A DNA stretch of 64,000 nt from Parasitella parasitica NRRL 2501. Its lineage: Eukaryota; Fungi; Mucoromycota. Made by a program: the position numbers and the translations under genes. The stretch lies in assembly GCA_025201805.1 (NCBI GenBank), contig MU619272.1:172292-236291 (forward strand), read 5' to 3'. Position 1 is the first letter of the stretch. Each line of letters begins with the position of its first letter. This document shows positions 26,159 to 40,700 of this stretch, in pieces. A model generated the notes under the pieces. That model had not been told where the DNA came from. It was given only the letters and a program-made list of their open reading frames with translations, and ran no database searches.

Positions 26159-27313
26159 ATGAGTGAAATGGAAATTGATACACCCGTCTTCAAAGGCAAA
26201 GGAAAGGAGAAATTGCTCACTATCACTGATGAGCTGGATAATTTGCCTTGGGTTGAGAAATACAGACCTCAAACATTAGATGAGCTTGTTTCTCATGAGG
26301 ATATCACTTCCACAAGTAAGAGCCCTTAATCTATGCCACAAATATCATATATATTAACTGGATATATTTGTTAGTTGAGACATTCATTGATAGAAAAAGA
26401 CTTCCACATCTATTGTTCTACGGTCCACCTGGTACAGGTAAAACAACCACTATTCTTGCGTGTGCTAGGAAGCTTTACGGCGAGAAATTCAAGGCTATGA
26501 TATTGGAATTGAATGCATCAGATGATCGCGGAATTGACGTTGTGCGAGAGCAGATAAAAAACTTTGCTAGTACAAGAAATATCTACAGCTCCGGATTTAA
26601 ATTGATCATATTAGATGAAGCCGACGCCATGACAAATCAAGCTCAATCCGCCTTGCGCCGTGTGATTGAAAAGTATACCAAGAACGTTCGTTTCTGTATC
26701 ATTTGCAATTATGTCAGTAAAATCATTCCAGCCATTCAATCTCGCTGCACACGATTCCGATTTGCGCCATTAGAGACAGAACAAGTTGATACAAGACTTC
26801 AAACAATCATTGATGCCGAGAGTGTAAATTTGACAAAAGACGGCAAGAAGGCGTTGCTTCGGCTTAGTAAAGGTGACATGCGTAGAGCGTTGAATATATT
26901 GCAAGCATGCCATGCCGCGTATGATCGTATTGATGAGGCAGCTATTTACAACTGCACAGGACAACCTCAACCTCATGATATAGAGCGTATTTGCAAATGG
27001 ATGATGGCAGAAGAGTTTACAACTGCATACTCGAGTAAGGATATCGTACGTCGATGCCACGATATGTTGATCATTAATGTAGTCATCTGTAGATATCGAG
27101 AAATTAAAAAGAGAATCAGGTTTAGCTTTACAAGATATTGTAGGCGAAGTGTACAATTATGCAAGATTGATTGAATTTCCAGCTAAATCCCGTATATTCA
27201 TCTTAAAAAACTTAGCTGATATTGAGTATAGATTAGGAGAGGGAGCAAATGAGCATATTCAACTGAGCGCTCTTGTTGGTGTTTTCAAATTAGCCCAAGA
27301 AAACCTCGCTTGA
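26159..27313 (+). CDS. RFC3: Replication factor C small subunit (fungal Rfc3 / human RFC5)
   Basis: LPWVEKYRP, GPPGTGKT, ELNASDDRGID, LDEADAMT, SRC, GDMRRALN; two introns. Confidence 0.93.
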
Positions 27314-28004
27314 TGAAAATAATTAATAAATTATACTTGCTGGATTGTTCGTCATTACATGTTCTAAAAGACTTGAGAAAGAAGCCCATTTTTATAAATA
27401 TGACAAGTCTTATCTTACTGAAAACACTGTTTATAGTGGAAATTGTATATTAACAGAATTTATGCTAATCAGGTACATTTAGATGATCACTTCATGCCGT
27501 AAAGAAGGAATGTGATAGACAGCGAGATTCGTTTGCTGTCTATTCTAGAAAATTCTTCGTAGTAAAGGCATCAAGTCTGGCGAAACCAATCAAATGGATG
27601 AATACAAACATATCTGACATAACTGGTCGCTTCGGTAATCGAGATATCATTTCCAAGGCCAAGGGACTGGGGTATATTTGATCTTTCGGGGCCACTAATT
27701 CTTTGAAACATTTCAAATTAATATAATAGCAAGATGCTGTTTTTTCATTGAACCGCTAACTTGGTATGTGCGCAATCTCGATTTCGAGAAAATTGAAGAT
27801 CAAAACAATCAACACCCTTTTACTTCCTGGTTGTTCCTGTGACTCGAAAGATTTTTCATATACAGTAGTGGCAGACAGAGCCAACAAGAAGCAAAAAGGC
27901 CCCTTTCCTTTCCTTTTCTTTTATTCTTTTTTTTTTAGTGTTCTTTTTTTTTTTGGTGTGGAGAGTGTATGCTGAAGTATTCGTAAAAATACTTTTTATA
28001 AAAC

Positions 28005-29474
28005 ATGGATATTTCAAAAATTTGTATTAAAACCATAGATTCGGTTTCATCGCTTTCCACCATATCAACACCTTCTGAAAATAGGTAAACATATCACAGA
28101 AATTGGATAATATTAGAAGATTTAGCTCAAAGATGACATAAAATTGAGTAGGGATCCATTACCATCAATCAATGAAAATAGTAATGATAGACATCCATAT
28201 CAATTGCAATATCAATTGCAACACCAATATTTAAAATCGTATGGCCCGAGAGGCCCTTCCTTTCAACAGCAGGCAACACCATCTTTAGCCTATACGCCCT
28301 CAAATCATCCAGATCAGCACAATACAGCATCGTGTCAGACAAACCCGCTACCTGCCCTATTAAATAGTCCAAGACTAATCGCTTCACAGCCAATCTCATC
28401 ACCATCATCATATCAACAATACCAATCTGCATCAACATCTTCGTCGAATCACCCGCCTTCATCTCCACACGAACGTAATACAAATAGTACATCAGCTTCC
28501 AATGACGTTGATAATTTAATGAAGCATGTAAAATATTATATTCTTGTTTAATTTTACTTGACATTAATAACATTCACCAACAAGATCATTGAACAATGCA
28601 CATTTATCTACCAAAAAATAGGAAAATACCGAACCGATCCTCTGAGAGAATCTGAACGAAACCAAATCATAGATAATGTCTTTTTTACAGCTAAAGACAT
28701 GCTAAATTCGTTGAATATTTTGAACAATCGAATGGATGACAGCGAACCTGATGCACCTTTTGATACATCTGCTATTAATACTGATCTTACGCTACCAACC
28801 GACGCTTTAAATCAAAATGATTCAGTGCCTCCAAGTGTAAGTACATCCTACGGCCATGATATTTGTTCTAAACATACTCGTAGGGCAACGAGTCAACCCT
28901 GGAAGAGTATAAAATGATTCGCCAAGCTAGAAATCTTCAAAAGAACGCAAGACCAAAATATCGAAGAAGGAGTGTAAATTCACCAATACTTGATTTTGCG
29001 AACCGTTCGTTGTTTTGCTAATAGTATTTATAGAAAACAAGCATGGTCGGCCATCGATGCCATTCATGCAATACCATGGATACACCTGAATGGAGAAGAG
29101 GGCCTGACGGCGCAAGAACTCTCTGTAACGCCTGTGGTTTGCGTATGTGTGCTGTAATGTTTTTTTTTCTGCATTTAGCTGACTTTATCTATCTCTTTCA
29201 ATCAGATTATTCGAAATTATTAAGGAAAGGTTCGCTTACTGTACAGACCCATAATTACATGATCGAAGCCCCTCCAGACGACTCACAACTACAACCGCAA
29301 CCACAACCACAACCACGAGCAATCCGATTCCCAATTATCCAAGTCAGTAATGTGGACACAAACAGTTCTTCTGTTACAAAATCATCCTTTTCCAAATACA
29401 ATACAAGTGCACGGATAGTCGAAATTGACGAAGAAGAGGAAGAGGAAGAGATAAAAGGGGCGGGTATAAACTAA
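28005..29474 (+). CDS. GATA-type zinc-finger transcription factor (multi-exon)
   Basis: [28 protein letters not shown] (CX2CX18CX2C); start MDISKICIK at 28005. Confidence 0.88.
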
Positions 29475-30571
29475 AGGTCCACTTAACAGGTCGATCGATT
29501 GCAAATCAGCGTGACCCACAGTGTAATATATATCACGATTGTAAATAATAAAACTTTTGTTTTTCAAGCATTTCTCATTTGCACGAGTTGTAATGTGGTC
29601 TACTGTGTATTCTGATCTTCCATTTATGTCATAAGTTTTAACCACTGAAGTAAGGATTTAATTTGCGATTGCCACAGTGTTGGATGGATGAAAAAGTATT
29701 CTCTTACGTTTGCCCAGCATCTCTTTTTGAGAACCGTCCGCACTGATGCGCCGTAAAGTGGTATAACGAAGCCGTGATAGAAGACCTAGGGACCCCTTTC
29801 ATAGAACATCAGGCAAAAAACTCTCAGGAAAGCAACGTTAAAAGTAGCTAGCCTTTTGAAATCTTTCACTGGCTATTTGATTTTACATACATCATTAGTT
29901 TCCCTGAACGAGAAGGAGGAGGATAAGAAGCAATGCAAAGAGGCTAATAGAACCAAAAGATATTACACTCAACATCAACAGGATATCGAGGGTAGTTTCT
30001 ACAAAATAAAGGCTGGTAGAGTTTCTGTAGCACTTGCTACTGAGACGCACCAGTTGAACAGAATAATTGATTTAGTAAAACCTGAAATTAAACAAAAATT
30101 TGAGATATCTATAATAAACCATGTTATACCTTACCTGATCTAGTGAAAAATGAGAGAAAATGAAAATCCTCTATTTTGTACTCTAGATCACTGATAAATT
30201 GTATCATACACAGGCATCTAAGGACTTGTTGAAAGCACTGCAAAAGAAGATTTAATTCCCAAAATGATTTAATTCGATATTTGTGTTATGGATGTTGAGG
30301 AATAAATAGAACATGAGCATTGTATTGCGCTATACTCTTTGATTTCAAGCAATTTCGTTCCCTTACTAAACTTCATCACGAAGAAACATTAAACCTTCCT
30401 ATCTAGAATCGCGAAGCGAATTTACCCCGTCTTATTGGTATTCCCTTCGCCACTGTTATGTACAGTAGTAAGACGTTAAATAATGATGTAATTACGAATA
30501 AAGCAATTTATACTTGAAAAAAAAATTAATTCAATTTATTATGTTCAAATATGTAATGATATAAAGCAAAT

Positions 30572-31783
30572 TCAATCTATAATGTTATGTAAGCAAATTA
30601 TTTTACTCATCTTTGAATGGTCCCGAGAAAACATAGGGTCCGTAATTGTCGCTTTGCACCATAAACTTGAACATAATGCGAATATTCTTTGCAGCGTATT
30701 CCTCTCTGTTATGTTGAAGCTTGCAACTAGAACAATTAAAATGGAATGTGCAGATAATTCAGGTTTGATTATGGCCACCCTGAGATTTCTTTACTTGACT
30801 TGTCATGTATTCATGGAGGAATAGTGTAAAAAGCAATGAGTATAGCTGTTAGCCAAAATGTGAGTGTTAAGAGTACTGTCTACTGTTTACTTTTGCGTTT
30901 CTTTTGTTTGCGCTAATCATCAACAATTATTTGTACTCGTTTACTAAATATTTGGTATACCTTGAGAATTTGACCCCACAAAGAATCCTATAGTGCTTTG
31001 ATCCCCCGTAGCCTTAAAAAGAAGGAAGTAATGATAACAGATACAAGCAAGATAATGAAAATAAGTAGTAAACGTACCTGTCTGTTGCTCATCTCATGTA
31101 ATATAGGAAGAAGTACTTGATCTGGCCTTTCAAGGGTTTCCATTCGAAATATTCGAAAAGAGTTAAGTTGGAGCTGGTCCCTTATAAACTTCTGCGCAGA
31201 ATTATTTACATTAGGATGATAACAGGCAGAGATAACTAAATCATTTGGTAAATCTAACGTATCATGTCTTTTTCTTTGTTCAATTTTTTTAATCATTGTT
31301 GATGCTGCAATCCCAAACGATATCATGATTTTGTCTACCTCAGAATGCGGACAACGTTGCGTTGCCGTACATAGCAAATCCTCATATGTATTTGACAGCC
31401 ATTCAAAAAGTGCAACATGAAATATATTCATTATACGTATAGATTCTTTGCCATCATCCATCATAAAGATATAGGTAAGTTCATGTTGTCATCAGAGACA
31501 ACAAAAGTTTTTCCTGCTCAATATTTTGTGAAATATCACACAACGGAACCTTTATTACTCAACTGTATTTATCAACGCCATCAATATGAATGGACAGACA
31601 CATGTCTATAATCCGTACTCACATTCCATCCACGGAAAGCGATAGCCAACATTGACCACTGGTTAACCGGTCTGTAAAAATAGAAGATGATTTACAATGT
31701 ATTACTCAAGCTTTTGAGACCTTACATCGAATCAACCCATCAGTAAATTTGTGATGGATGATGGTGGACGCTGGTGCTAACAT
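30572..31783 (-). CDS. Hypothetical protein, possibly a pseudogene
   Basis: 158-aa and 68-aa ORF segments with GT-AG junction candidates; no recognisable motif; 5' part does not splice cleanly. Confidence 0.35.
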
Positions 31784-31917
31784 TGTACCACCTCTACTGA
31801 ACCACAGACATAAAAAGCGTGGTCCGAGCAACCCTTCACTGTTTTAGCTTTTCTTACTGCATACTCTTTTTTTTACCTATTATAATAATTGGAAAGAAAA
31901 CAACAAGTCAGTTAAAA

Positions 31918-32843
<926 letters not shown>

Positions 32844-33191
32844 TTTTGATCTATATCCAATGTTTTATAATTAAATTTTAATGCAAACTTTGGGTTTGCT
32901 TTACTGTACCATAATCAAGCGACTCTTTACGTATGCTTTTCAGCTTTTAATTCGTAATGATAGACAATGGCTATCATGCATTACGGTTCAAATAAAAGGA
33001 CGTAGTAAATTAAATTGCATTGAGCGGCACACGTTGCAAATGATGCCATGTTCTTGTATTTATAAAGGTTGATTACTAGTATCGGCTTACTCAACAATTA
33101 TATGACAGACTAAGGGATTGCTATTTGGCATCACATTTGTTTTTGCCCATTTCAATGCTTTCAGGGTTTTGAATTTAATTAATAGGTTCAA

Positions 33192-33629
33192 TTAAAATAA
33201 GCGTTTTGACATGGATATTGTCAAGAGACAAATAAATAACAAGATGGAGCTACACGCTGCTTCGTGAATGCTACCAACGCTTGTAGCATTTGCAGCTGTA
33301 GCGCTTGAAGAAGCTGTACCATTAGAAATTGCTGTTGAACCACCCACAGCGGCGTTTACTGCACATCTGGAAACATATTTAGTTTCATTTACTGCTGCAG
33401 ATGTTTGGTTGATACCATGCTGCATAATATAAATGTTGAGAAGAGCACAGGCCTTGAAACTATCACAGGACAAACTACTAGTATCAGCGCATCCGTTGTA
33501 GGTAAACGCAGTTTGGTTGTTGGAATTCTTGGCAATATCGTATTCACAGACTGAAAAGGTGATATTGGTATTTGGGCAAAAAGTATCTGGACAGACCAAC
33601 GATGATTTTTGTAATGGATCACACAGCAT
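33192..33629 (-). CDS. Cys-rich protein with Ser/Thr/Ala linker and GPI-like hydrophobic C-terminus (5' end unresolved)
   Basis: Multiple Cys, N-glycosylation sequons, SSSATAANATS linker, tail SSILLFICLLTISMSKRLF. Confidence 0.55.
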   Translation of the reverse strand: MLCDPLQKSSLVCPDTFCPNTNITFSVCEYDIAKNSNNQTAFTYNGCADTSSLSCDSFKACALLNIYIMQHGINQTSAAVNETKYVSRCAVNAAVGGSTAISNGTASSSATAANATSVGSIHEAACSSILLFICLLTISMSKRLF

Positions 33630-33878
33630 AGTTGTCGACTTGGGCTAAATAAAAGTATGACGGAAAGGAAGAGTTACTTTTTCTTGTGCATTATCATATA
33701 CATATATCATTGTAGTAGAAACGATACACAGATGTAACCTCAATTAACTTTGCAAAACATGATCCTTTGATTTTCTCAATGCATGAAGCAACAATGTATC
33801 ACGCCATATTGTGACTGGGTGGGAAGCGTTCATAAACTATGAAGCTCCAATTTTTCATAGCTCTTTACGGGTAGCATC

Positions 33879-35691
33879 ATGTCGAATATTTACGCTCTTG
33901 AGCCTCATACAAAGTAATTCAAAATACTGCATTCACAAAACAGATACTGACACAAATAATATAGCGCTAAAGTAATTCTACATACAACAACTGGTGATAT
34001 CGAAATTGAACTATGGGGCAAAGAAGCTCCTCAAGCAACACGTAATTTTATACAGCTGTGTCTGGAAGGATATTATGACAATACCATCTTTCATCGTATC
34101 GTTCGAGATTTTCTGGTTCAAGGTGGTGATCCATCAGGAACAGGACAAGGTAATAAATCTCATTCTGTCTTCTACAAATCGAAAAAAAAAAAAAAAACTA
34201 AATGCCTTCATATCAAAGGGGGAGAGTCGATATATGAAGATGGGTTTCCTGACGAATTTCATTCGAGATTGCGATTTAATCGTCGTGGGCTTGTAGGCCT
34301 AGCAAACACTGGACAAGATGACAACGGTTCACAGTTTTTTATCACATTAGACCGAGCTGATGAACTTACAAAAAAGCACACGTTATTTGGTCGAGTTGCG
34401 GGTGATACTTTGTTCAACGTTATGAAGATGACAGAATTAGAAATAGATGAAAATGAAAGACCTTTGTATCCTCCTAAAATCAGAAGCGCAGAAGTTGTTT
34501 TGAACCCTTTTGATGATATTCTTCCTCGAATCACTGCTCAGGAGAAAAAGGTGGCCAAGTTGCTGGAAAAGAAGAAATTGGAAACAGAGAAAGCAAAAAA
34601 GAAAAAGAAGGGGGGTAAAAAGTAAGCATAACAACTATATGATTTGATAATTACTCAGTGGATCTCGGTAGACAATTGAATTTATTATCGTTTGGAGAGG
34701 AAGCAGCCGAGATGGAACCACCTGCTGATCCTTCCGAAAAACCTAAAATGAAGAGCACATACGATTTTATGGAGAATTCGGTACCAACGCCAACGGAATT
34801 GCTTGAAGAAATAAGCAAGCCTATTACTGGCAACAAACCCGCAGAGAACAAGCCTTCGATGCAAGAAAAACTAAAGGAAAAGGTACGACAAATGGAAAAA
34901 AAGAGTAAAGAAGTAGATACTTCAAAAGAAAAGGCAGAACAAGAGGAGAGCAAAGAGACAAAGACACCTGCTGAAACAACAACAACTGCCATTGAGAAGC
35001 TAAAGCAAGATATCCGTAATATATCCAAAGTTTCAATTGAGGAAGAAGTGCCTGTTCAGAGGAAAGAAAAGAAGAAATCTCTGGTTGCTCTCCAGCGTGA
35101 AAAATATGCTTCTAATCAGAAAAAGAACAAGAAGGCCAGCAAAGAAAACGATATTGATGTAGGTGCATGATACATGTCTATTTGCCTTGCTGTATTAACA
35201 TTTCTTCGGCCCGACAGGCATTCAACAAATTAATGGCATTCCGAGAAAAAATATCCAGCATTAAACCTGAAAATACTCCCACATCAAAAAAGGAACAAAA
35301 AGTGTGTCAATTGCATGATATCCCTAATTGTGGATCATGTTTTGATGCCAGCATGCTTCAAGATGATGGTGTTACAGATGATGGCTGGATTTCGCATCAA
35401 CTGGTATTTGACAAAGACCGGAAAGGAAAAGATTTAATGCAGCGAAAAGAAACTGTCGATGATTACGTTGTCATTGATCCCAGAGATAGAGAAGCAAAGG
35501 CCAAGCAAGAAGAATTCGACAGAAGGAAATCGACAAAAAGCAAAATATCCCCTGCTTTTAGAAATTCAGACAGGGATAGAGACAGAGACGATCGTAAAAG
35601 ACGCCATAACGACGTTGATGACCGCTATAGGGACAGTAGCAAAAGACATCACGACAACAGAGAAGATAAATCAAGTGGAAGAAATTATTAG
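33879..35691 (+). CDS. CWC27: Spliceosomal cyclophilin Cwc27 (multi-exon)
   Basis: MSNIYALEPHT-AKVILHTTTGDIEIELWGKEAP, FHRIVRDFLVQGGDP, DEFHSRLRFNRRGL, NPFDDILPR, LLSFGEE, C-terminal CQLH..C.SC and DDYVVIDPR. Confidence 0.93.
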
Positions 35692-35893
35692 ATAAAAAAA
35701 AAAAAAAGTAAAAATAAAAAGGAATAAGGTATAAACAAATAGATCGTCTTTTGCATATTTGAGCGATTGTTTTGAGTGCTTGTGTGTGTATTTGTGCTTG
35801 TTTGTTTGTTTGCTTGTATCAAGATTTATGCATGGATCCAATATTATTAACTCTACAGTAGGCATTTTTTGTGCACATATCCCAAATTTTGCT

Positions 35894-37894
35894 TTAATCC
35901 TTTTTATCCTTATCCTTTCCTTTTTCATTTTTTGATTTCTTTGCATATTGAATCTGGTCCTCTTCGCTATCCAGTTTGCGTTTCTTTGAGTCACCGTTGC
36001 CGGATGAACTGCCAGACGCTTCTGAAGATTCCCCTGGAATGCATGAATTTGAAAGTGATGATTTTTCTTTTTTCCGAAGAGGAGGATGTGGGGACGAAAT
36101 AGTAGTAGATGGCGGTATTGTTGTTCTAACTGCGGTTGGAGCAGCAGTTCGGATAGATTCGGTCATCCCTCTTGGGAAAAGATAAGAGGGCAATCTGACT
36201 AACGATGGTGATGATCGAGATGCAGCCGGATTAGTTGCTGGTGGTGCAGATCTAGACTGTGTTGCCGCTACGTTTGTCTGCGTATTCACTGAACGTCTAC
36301 TTGCCTCGATATCTGCACTAGCTAAAACAGAGCCCAGAAAGTGATTAATCAAGCTCATGCCTTGAACGATTCGAGACATGTTCAAAACGCGTCTACTCGT
36401 ATTTCTCTATAGTTAAACAGTTTTAAGCTGATTCGTTGAATGGAAATTTGTAGCCGATAATACCTCTTGTTCGGGTGTTTGATTCTCTTCCCTCAGATTA
36501 TCTGCCACTTGTCGCATTCGAGGAACTGCCTCTGTCATCAAATCAGCCAATTCATTCAAAACCATGCCGATTTGAATTGACTGAGAGTTTCCACTATTTC
36601 GAAGTCTATTCCGAATTTCTTGCAACTGCTCTGGTGTCGAATTTGGTGTCGTGATGGAAGGAGGTGAACCTAGGTAGCAAAAAGTGTTGGTGCCTCTTTA
36701 GTTTCAAGCCGTCATCAACGATATCCTCTTACCCCAAGTCAAAGCTTAAAGTAGAAAAGGAAGTAATGATAACAATAATGAATTTACCCTCATTTGCGAT
36801 GTTTGAATCTTCCAACATGTTTCTGACATTTCTCATCGACCCCAAAGTTCGTGCCAATCTAACCTCTACGCTAGGCTAAATAACCAAAAATATGCTCCTG
36901 TTATAAGCTTGTTCTCTTTTGTGTTTTTATCTCAACGAAAACTCACCGGAAATGGAAGACTTGATGAGATTCGATCAGTTAGTGGATTTGTGCCAATAGG
37001 CGATGTAAAATCCGAGTGATTGCTATTTCTACCACCAAATGAAAAAGAAAAGGGTGATCTTGGTAAAGCTCCCGGAGATCCTCTTGTCCCATTTGGATTT
37101 GTCGTAGGTATATTCTAGAAGAATAAAAAGTTTGTTTTTTAGACATAATCTCCTTGATTCCCAAAATGAAAGTAATTACATTGTGTGGTGAAGGAGGAGT
37201 CTCCATTCGATTGGTTGGCATTCTCCCAGATGATAATCCATTTAATACTGAGGTTAACAACTGAATGGTCAAAGTAAATACGTTGTGCCATGAAAGAGAT
37301 GAATCAACAACTTACAGATTGACTATCGCCGATATCGCCTATAGTAGAATCAAGCGTAATAAATGCATAACCTTCCATCATGGGAAATCGGTTTGATATA
37401 GAAGGGAAAGTACGTGATCTTCCGTTGGGTGTTGCTCTGTTTGATGTGTGACGAATGTTTGCTCTTGGGTTGGGATCATCTAGAATAATGTAGGTTTAAA
37501 TAAAGTTGATAATACACATTCATGATAGATTTACCATTTGAAGGATTGTGAGGGGCGCCGATGGGTCGGATAACAAGATGAACTACTTTTCCATTGTCGA
37601 GATTTGCTAAATGTAGAACAGATTTTAGTAGCTAGCATCAACAACAAGCAAACTAAGCGCCAACGTACCATAGTCTGTCAAGTTTTTACCGTCTTTTAAA
37701 ACACGGCCTTGGAAAATTAATCGTTGTCTGTTGGAATCTACATCAAAAGCAACTTGAATTTCCTGCTTCAAGTCCAAAACTGAAGCATTACGAGGCAGCG
37801 TAACAGAGGTGGTTCTTTGCTCCAGAGACTTGATTTGCAAAGCTATCTGATCAATTGTACCAGGTATAGGCGTTTCTGGAAGAGTTTCAGCCAT
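35894..37894 (-). CDS. N-terminal ubiquitin-like domain protein, BAG6-like (multi-exon)
   Basis: IKSLEQRTTSVTLPRNASVLDLKQEI...RQRLIFQGRVLKDGKNLTDY..L..GKVVHLVIRP; later GMVLNELADLMTEAVPRMRQVADNL helix. Confidence 0.75.
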
Positions 37895-38537
37895 CGTTTT
37901 TTTTTATTTGTTATGAAATTAACTAGGTTAAAAAAGAAAGAAACGGAGCGTAATAAGAGGGGATGAAGAGAAAAAAGTTGGATTAATAATATTCGAATAT
38001 CTCGAAGAAAACGGAGCATAAGCGTCACGCATCTGCGTGTGATTACCGTTGCTACGAATCTTCACCATCACAATCAACCAACATTGTCATGGCAACACAG
38101 TCTTTGTCAATGGCCACACTCCCATGCTATTATCCATTTCAATTTGTAACCTGGTCGCTATAGTGATTGAATTCAGCTCCCCTGCATTTTCTTTTCGGAA
38201 TACAACAAACTTGGTTTAAATAGGTATTTAGAAAGTCGAAACTGTTTTCAAGCGATTGGCTGACAATATAGAGTCTATCTATTTGAGTTGCCAATTACGA
38301 TATACAATCAGAATTGACGTGTCATCGAATGTTGCACTTGGTTAATCACTCCATTGTCTATCATAACTTGGATGGAATCAACGTATGCCTTGACAACAGT
38401 GAATACAATGCACTGCGTGTTTCTAGTTATATTTTTTATCTGGCGGCATTGCTTTTTATAAAATTTTCAAAGGATTATTCATTATATATATTTTTATAAA
38501 GCTTCACTAGTTGTCTGCGATATATCTACAATTTCTT

Positions 38538-40700
38538 CTAGTTGTAGTAACCTGGAGCAGATTTATATGGATAGAGACGAATAATCGGCTTGTATAATTT
38601 GGCATTCCTGATAAAAGCTCTCATTCTGTTTGCATCTCTATTGCTAACTTCGTCGGTATCGTTTTCATTGCTGCTTGAATCTTCACTAAATTCTTCACTT
38701 GGCACATCCGAATTATATCTTACTTTTTTACGTTTTCTTAAATCTCTTTTGTTGATATTGATGGGCACATTACGTACTCTCAGAGAACGTCGTCTTGAAA
38801 GTTCCTCTTCCTCTTCTTCTGAATCGCTTGAAGAGGAATCCGTATCTTCAGAGCTTGTATAATCTTGGTCCGCTTCTTGTAATTTCTCTATTCTATTTGT
38901 CTCGGCAACACTTAATTCGTTCTCACTATCATGTTTCTTTTCCTCTTCTTCCTCTTCCTCTTCCTCTTCCCCTTTCTCTTCTTCGTCTTTGTCTTCGTCT
39001 TTCTCTTTTCCTTCTTCTCCGTCTTCGTCGTTTTCATCATTGTTTTCATTGCTTTCTTCTTTTTCCACATCTTCCTTTTCATCGTCGTCATGATTTACTT
39101 TCCCGCCGTCTTCCTTGCGTTCGTTAACGTTCTTGTCATGGGTTTCTTTAAAGCTAGTTTCTTTTTTAATGTTAACTATGAGACCATCGTTTGGAATATC
39201 TACTTTTGTGAAGCTTTCATATAAGTCACTGTAAGCAGCACAGTCAGAAGTAAAAGTTAGTGCTTTGAAACCCATGCTGTCGAATTTAACATATTTAATG
39301 GATTTCAAGAGTATCTTCAAGGTATTTGTTGGTCTAGGCATGTTTTCATTGAAACAATAATAGGAAAACGTGTTGTCAATATTTGAGATGTTTTCAAATT
39401 TTGCCATCCTAGCTCTATTTTTGCTGGTTATTTCGGCGGAATAACTGGTTTTGGAGTTGATGACAATGTAAAGTTTGTTGATAATTCTCTTTTCAACGCT
39501 GTCCCTTTTGTTGGAATACAAGCTACAGTTTTCCAAGATCAGTTGCTGCAAGTGATAATTTTCTAATGATATAACTTCTTCTATACTTGTACGCGAGGCT
39601 CCAAATTTACAATTCGAGAGCTTCAAATCATTCAACTTGGGCAGGAAGTGGGCAAGCTTTTCCAACACATTCTTGTCAATAATCGCATGATGTAACGTGA
39701 GGCTTTCTAATACAGCGGCTTGGTTCAATTGGCCTTTGCTTTCATCAAGATTTACATAATCTACATCATAGCCCAAATCCAATCTTTTTAGACGAGGAAA
39801 AGTACCGATCACTGAAATGATATCAATTGTAGTAGAGTCTCCCCAACGAAGAGAAAGGAATTCCAAAGGAAAATCTTGAAGATCCTGTAAGTTTGGATAT
39901 TCATATATATCCAGAGCCAACGATTTTAATGATTTACTGGCTACATTTTTCAAATGGGATGCGATAGAATCTGCTTTAGCCACTCCAATAAAAGATACGT
40001 GCTTGAGAACGCAGTTAGATTGCGATAGACATTCCACAAATTCTGCCATGGGGAAATATTGATAAAATTGGCTGATTTCAACAGTTTCAAGATTCGGCAA
40101 ACAATACTTGTGCTCTAGCAACTTTGTGCCATAATTGGCAATCTCGTCAGATGGTTCCTCCCATTTCGTATCCTTATTCATGACACCACCACCTCGCTTG
40201 ATCTTCAGAGCCTCAAGGTTTTCACCGTAGCTGTCAAAAACGTACATGATTAGCTTGGAAATGTCTGCTGGCGTAGTGTTGAAAGTCATATCAATGCTGG
40301 AAATCGTATTGGCCACTTTGTTCGTAGTTAAACCATCAATTTCATCGTAGCGCAAGTTGAACATAAATAGGTAAACAGACTTCAGATGAGGGAAAACATG
40401 TTGAAAAAGGTCAATCTCCATCAGCGAAATGGTCTTTTGTTTCACAACGATTGTATAATTGATTTTATCTGGTGAAGCTATGGTGAATGTTGATGTATTC
40501 TTGTCTTTGATTTCCGAAGTTTTGAGGTGTTTAACGAAAAGATCACGTAGATATGCTGTGCTTTCAGAACACTTTTCCACAATGTTTAGGACTTCAGAAT
40601 GATTGACTACCTGAATTGATCTGACAAAAGGAGCTAGCTGTTCATTCTTCTTGGCGTCTTGAAGAAGTGCTTTAAGTGAATTTTCTTTGGTAAATTCCAT
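38538..40700 (-). CDS. Intronless 720-aa LRR/RNI-like (F-box-associated type) protein with acidic tail and basic NLS-like end
   Basis: Repeated LxxLxL motifs (LKSLAL, LEFLSL, FPRLKRLDL, LESLTL, LPKLNDLKLSNC), D/E tract, RKRKKVR. Confidence 0.75.
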   Translation of the reverse strand: MEFTKENSLKALLQDAKKNEQLAPFVRSIQVVNHSEVLNIVEKCSESTAYLRDLFVKHLKTSEIKDKNTSTFTIASPDKINYTIVVKQKTISLMEIDLFQHVFPHLKSVYLFMFNLRYDEIDGLTTNKVANTISSIDMTFNTTPADISKLIMYVFDSYGENLEALKIKRGGGVMNKDTKWEEPSDEIANYGTKLLEHKYCLPNLETVEISQFYQYFPMAEFVECLSQSNCVLKHVSFIGVAKADSIASHLKNVASKSLKSLALDIYEYPNLQDLQDFPLEFLSLRWGDSTTIDIISVIGTFPRLKRLDLGYDVDYVNLDESKGQLNQAAVLESLTLHHAIIDKNVLEKLAHFLPKLNDLKLSNCKFGASRTSIEEVISLENYHLQQLILENCSLYSNKRDSVEKRIINKLYIVINSKTSYSAEITSKNRARMAKFENISNIDNTFSYYCFNENMPRPTNTLKILLKSIKYVKFDSMGFKALTFTSDCAAYSDLYESFTKVDIPNDGLIVNIKKETSFKETHDKNVNERKEDGGKVNHDDDEKEDVEKEESNENNDENDEDGEEGKEKDEDKDEEEKGEEEEEEEEEEKKHDSENELSVAETNRIEKLQEADQDYTSSEDTDSSSSDSEEEEEELSRRRSLRVRNVPININKRDLRKRKKVRYNSDVPSEEFSEDSSSNENDTDEVSNRDANRMRAFIRNAKLYKPIIRLYPYKSAPGYYN

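Noticed and set aside
29640-30150. 95-aa ORF and nearby coding-like fragments
   Set aside because: Probably a decayed repeat-family gene; no assignable motif
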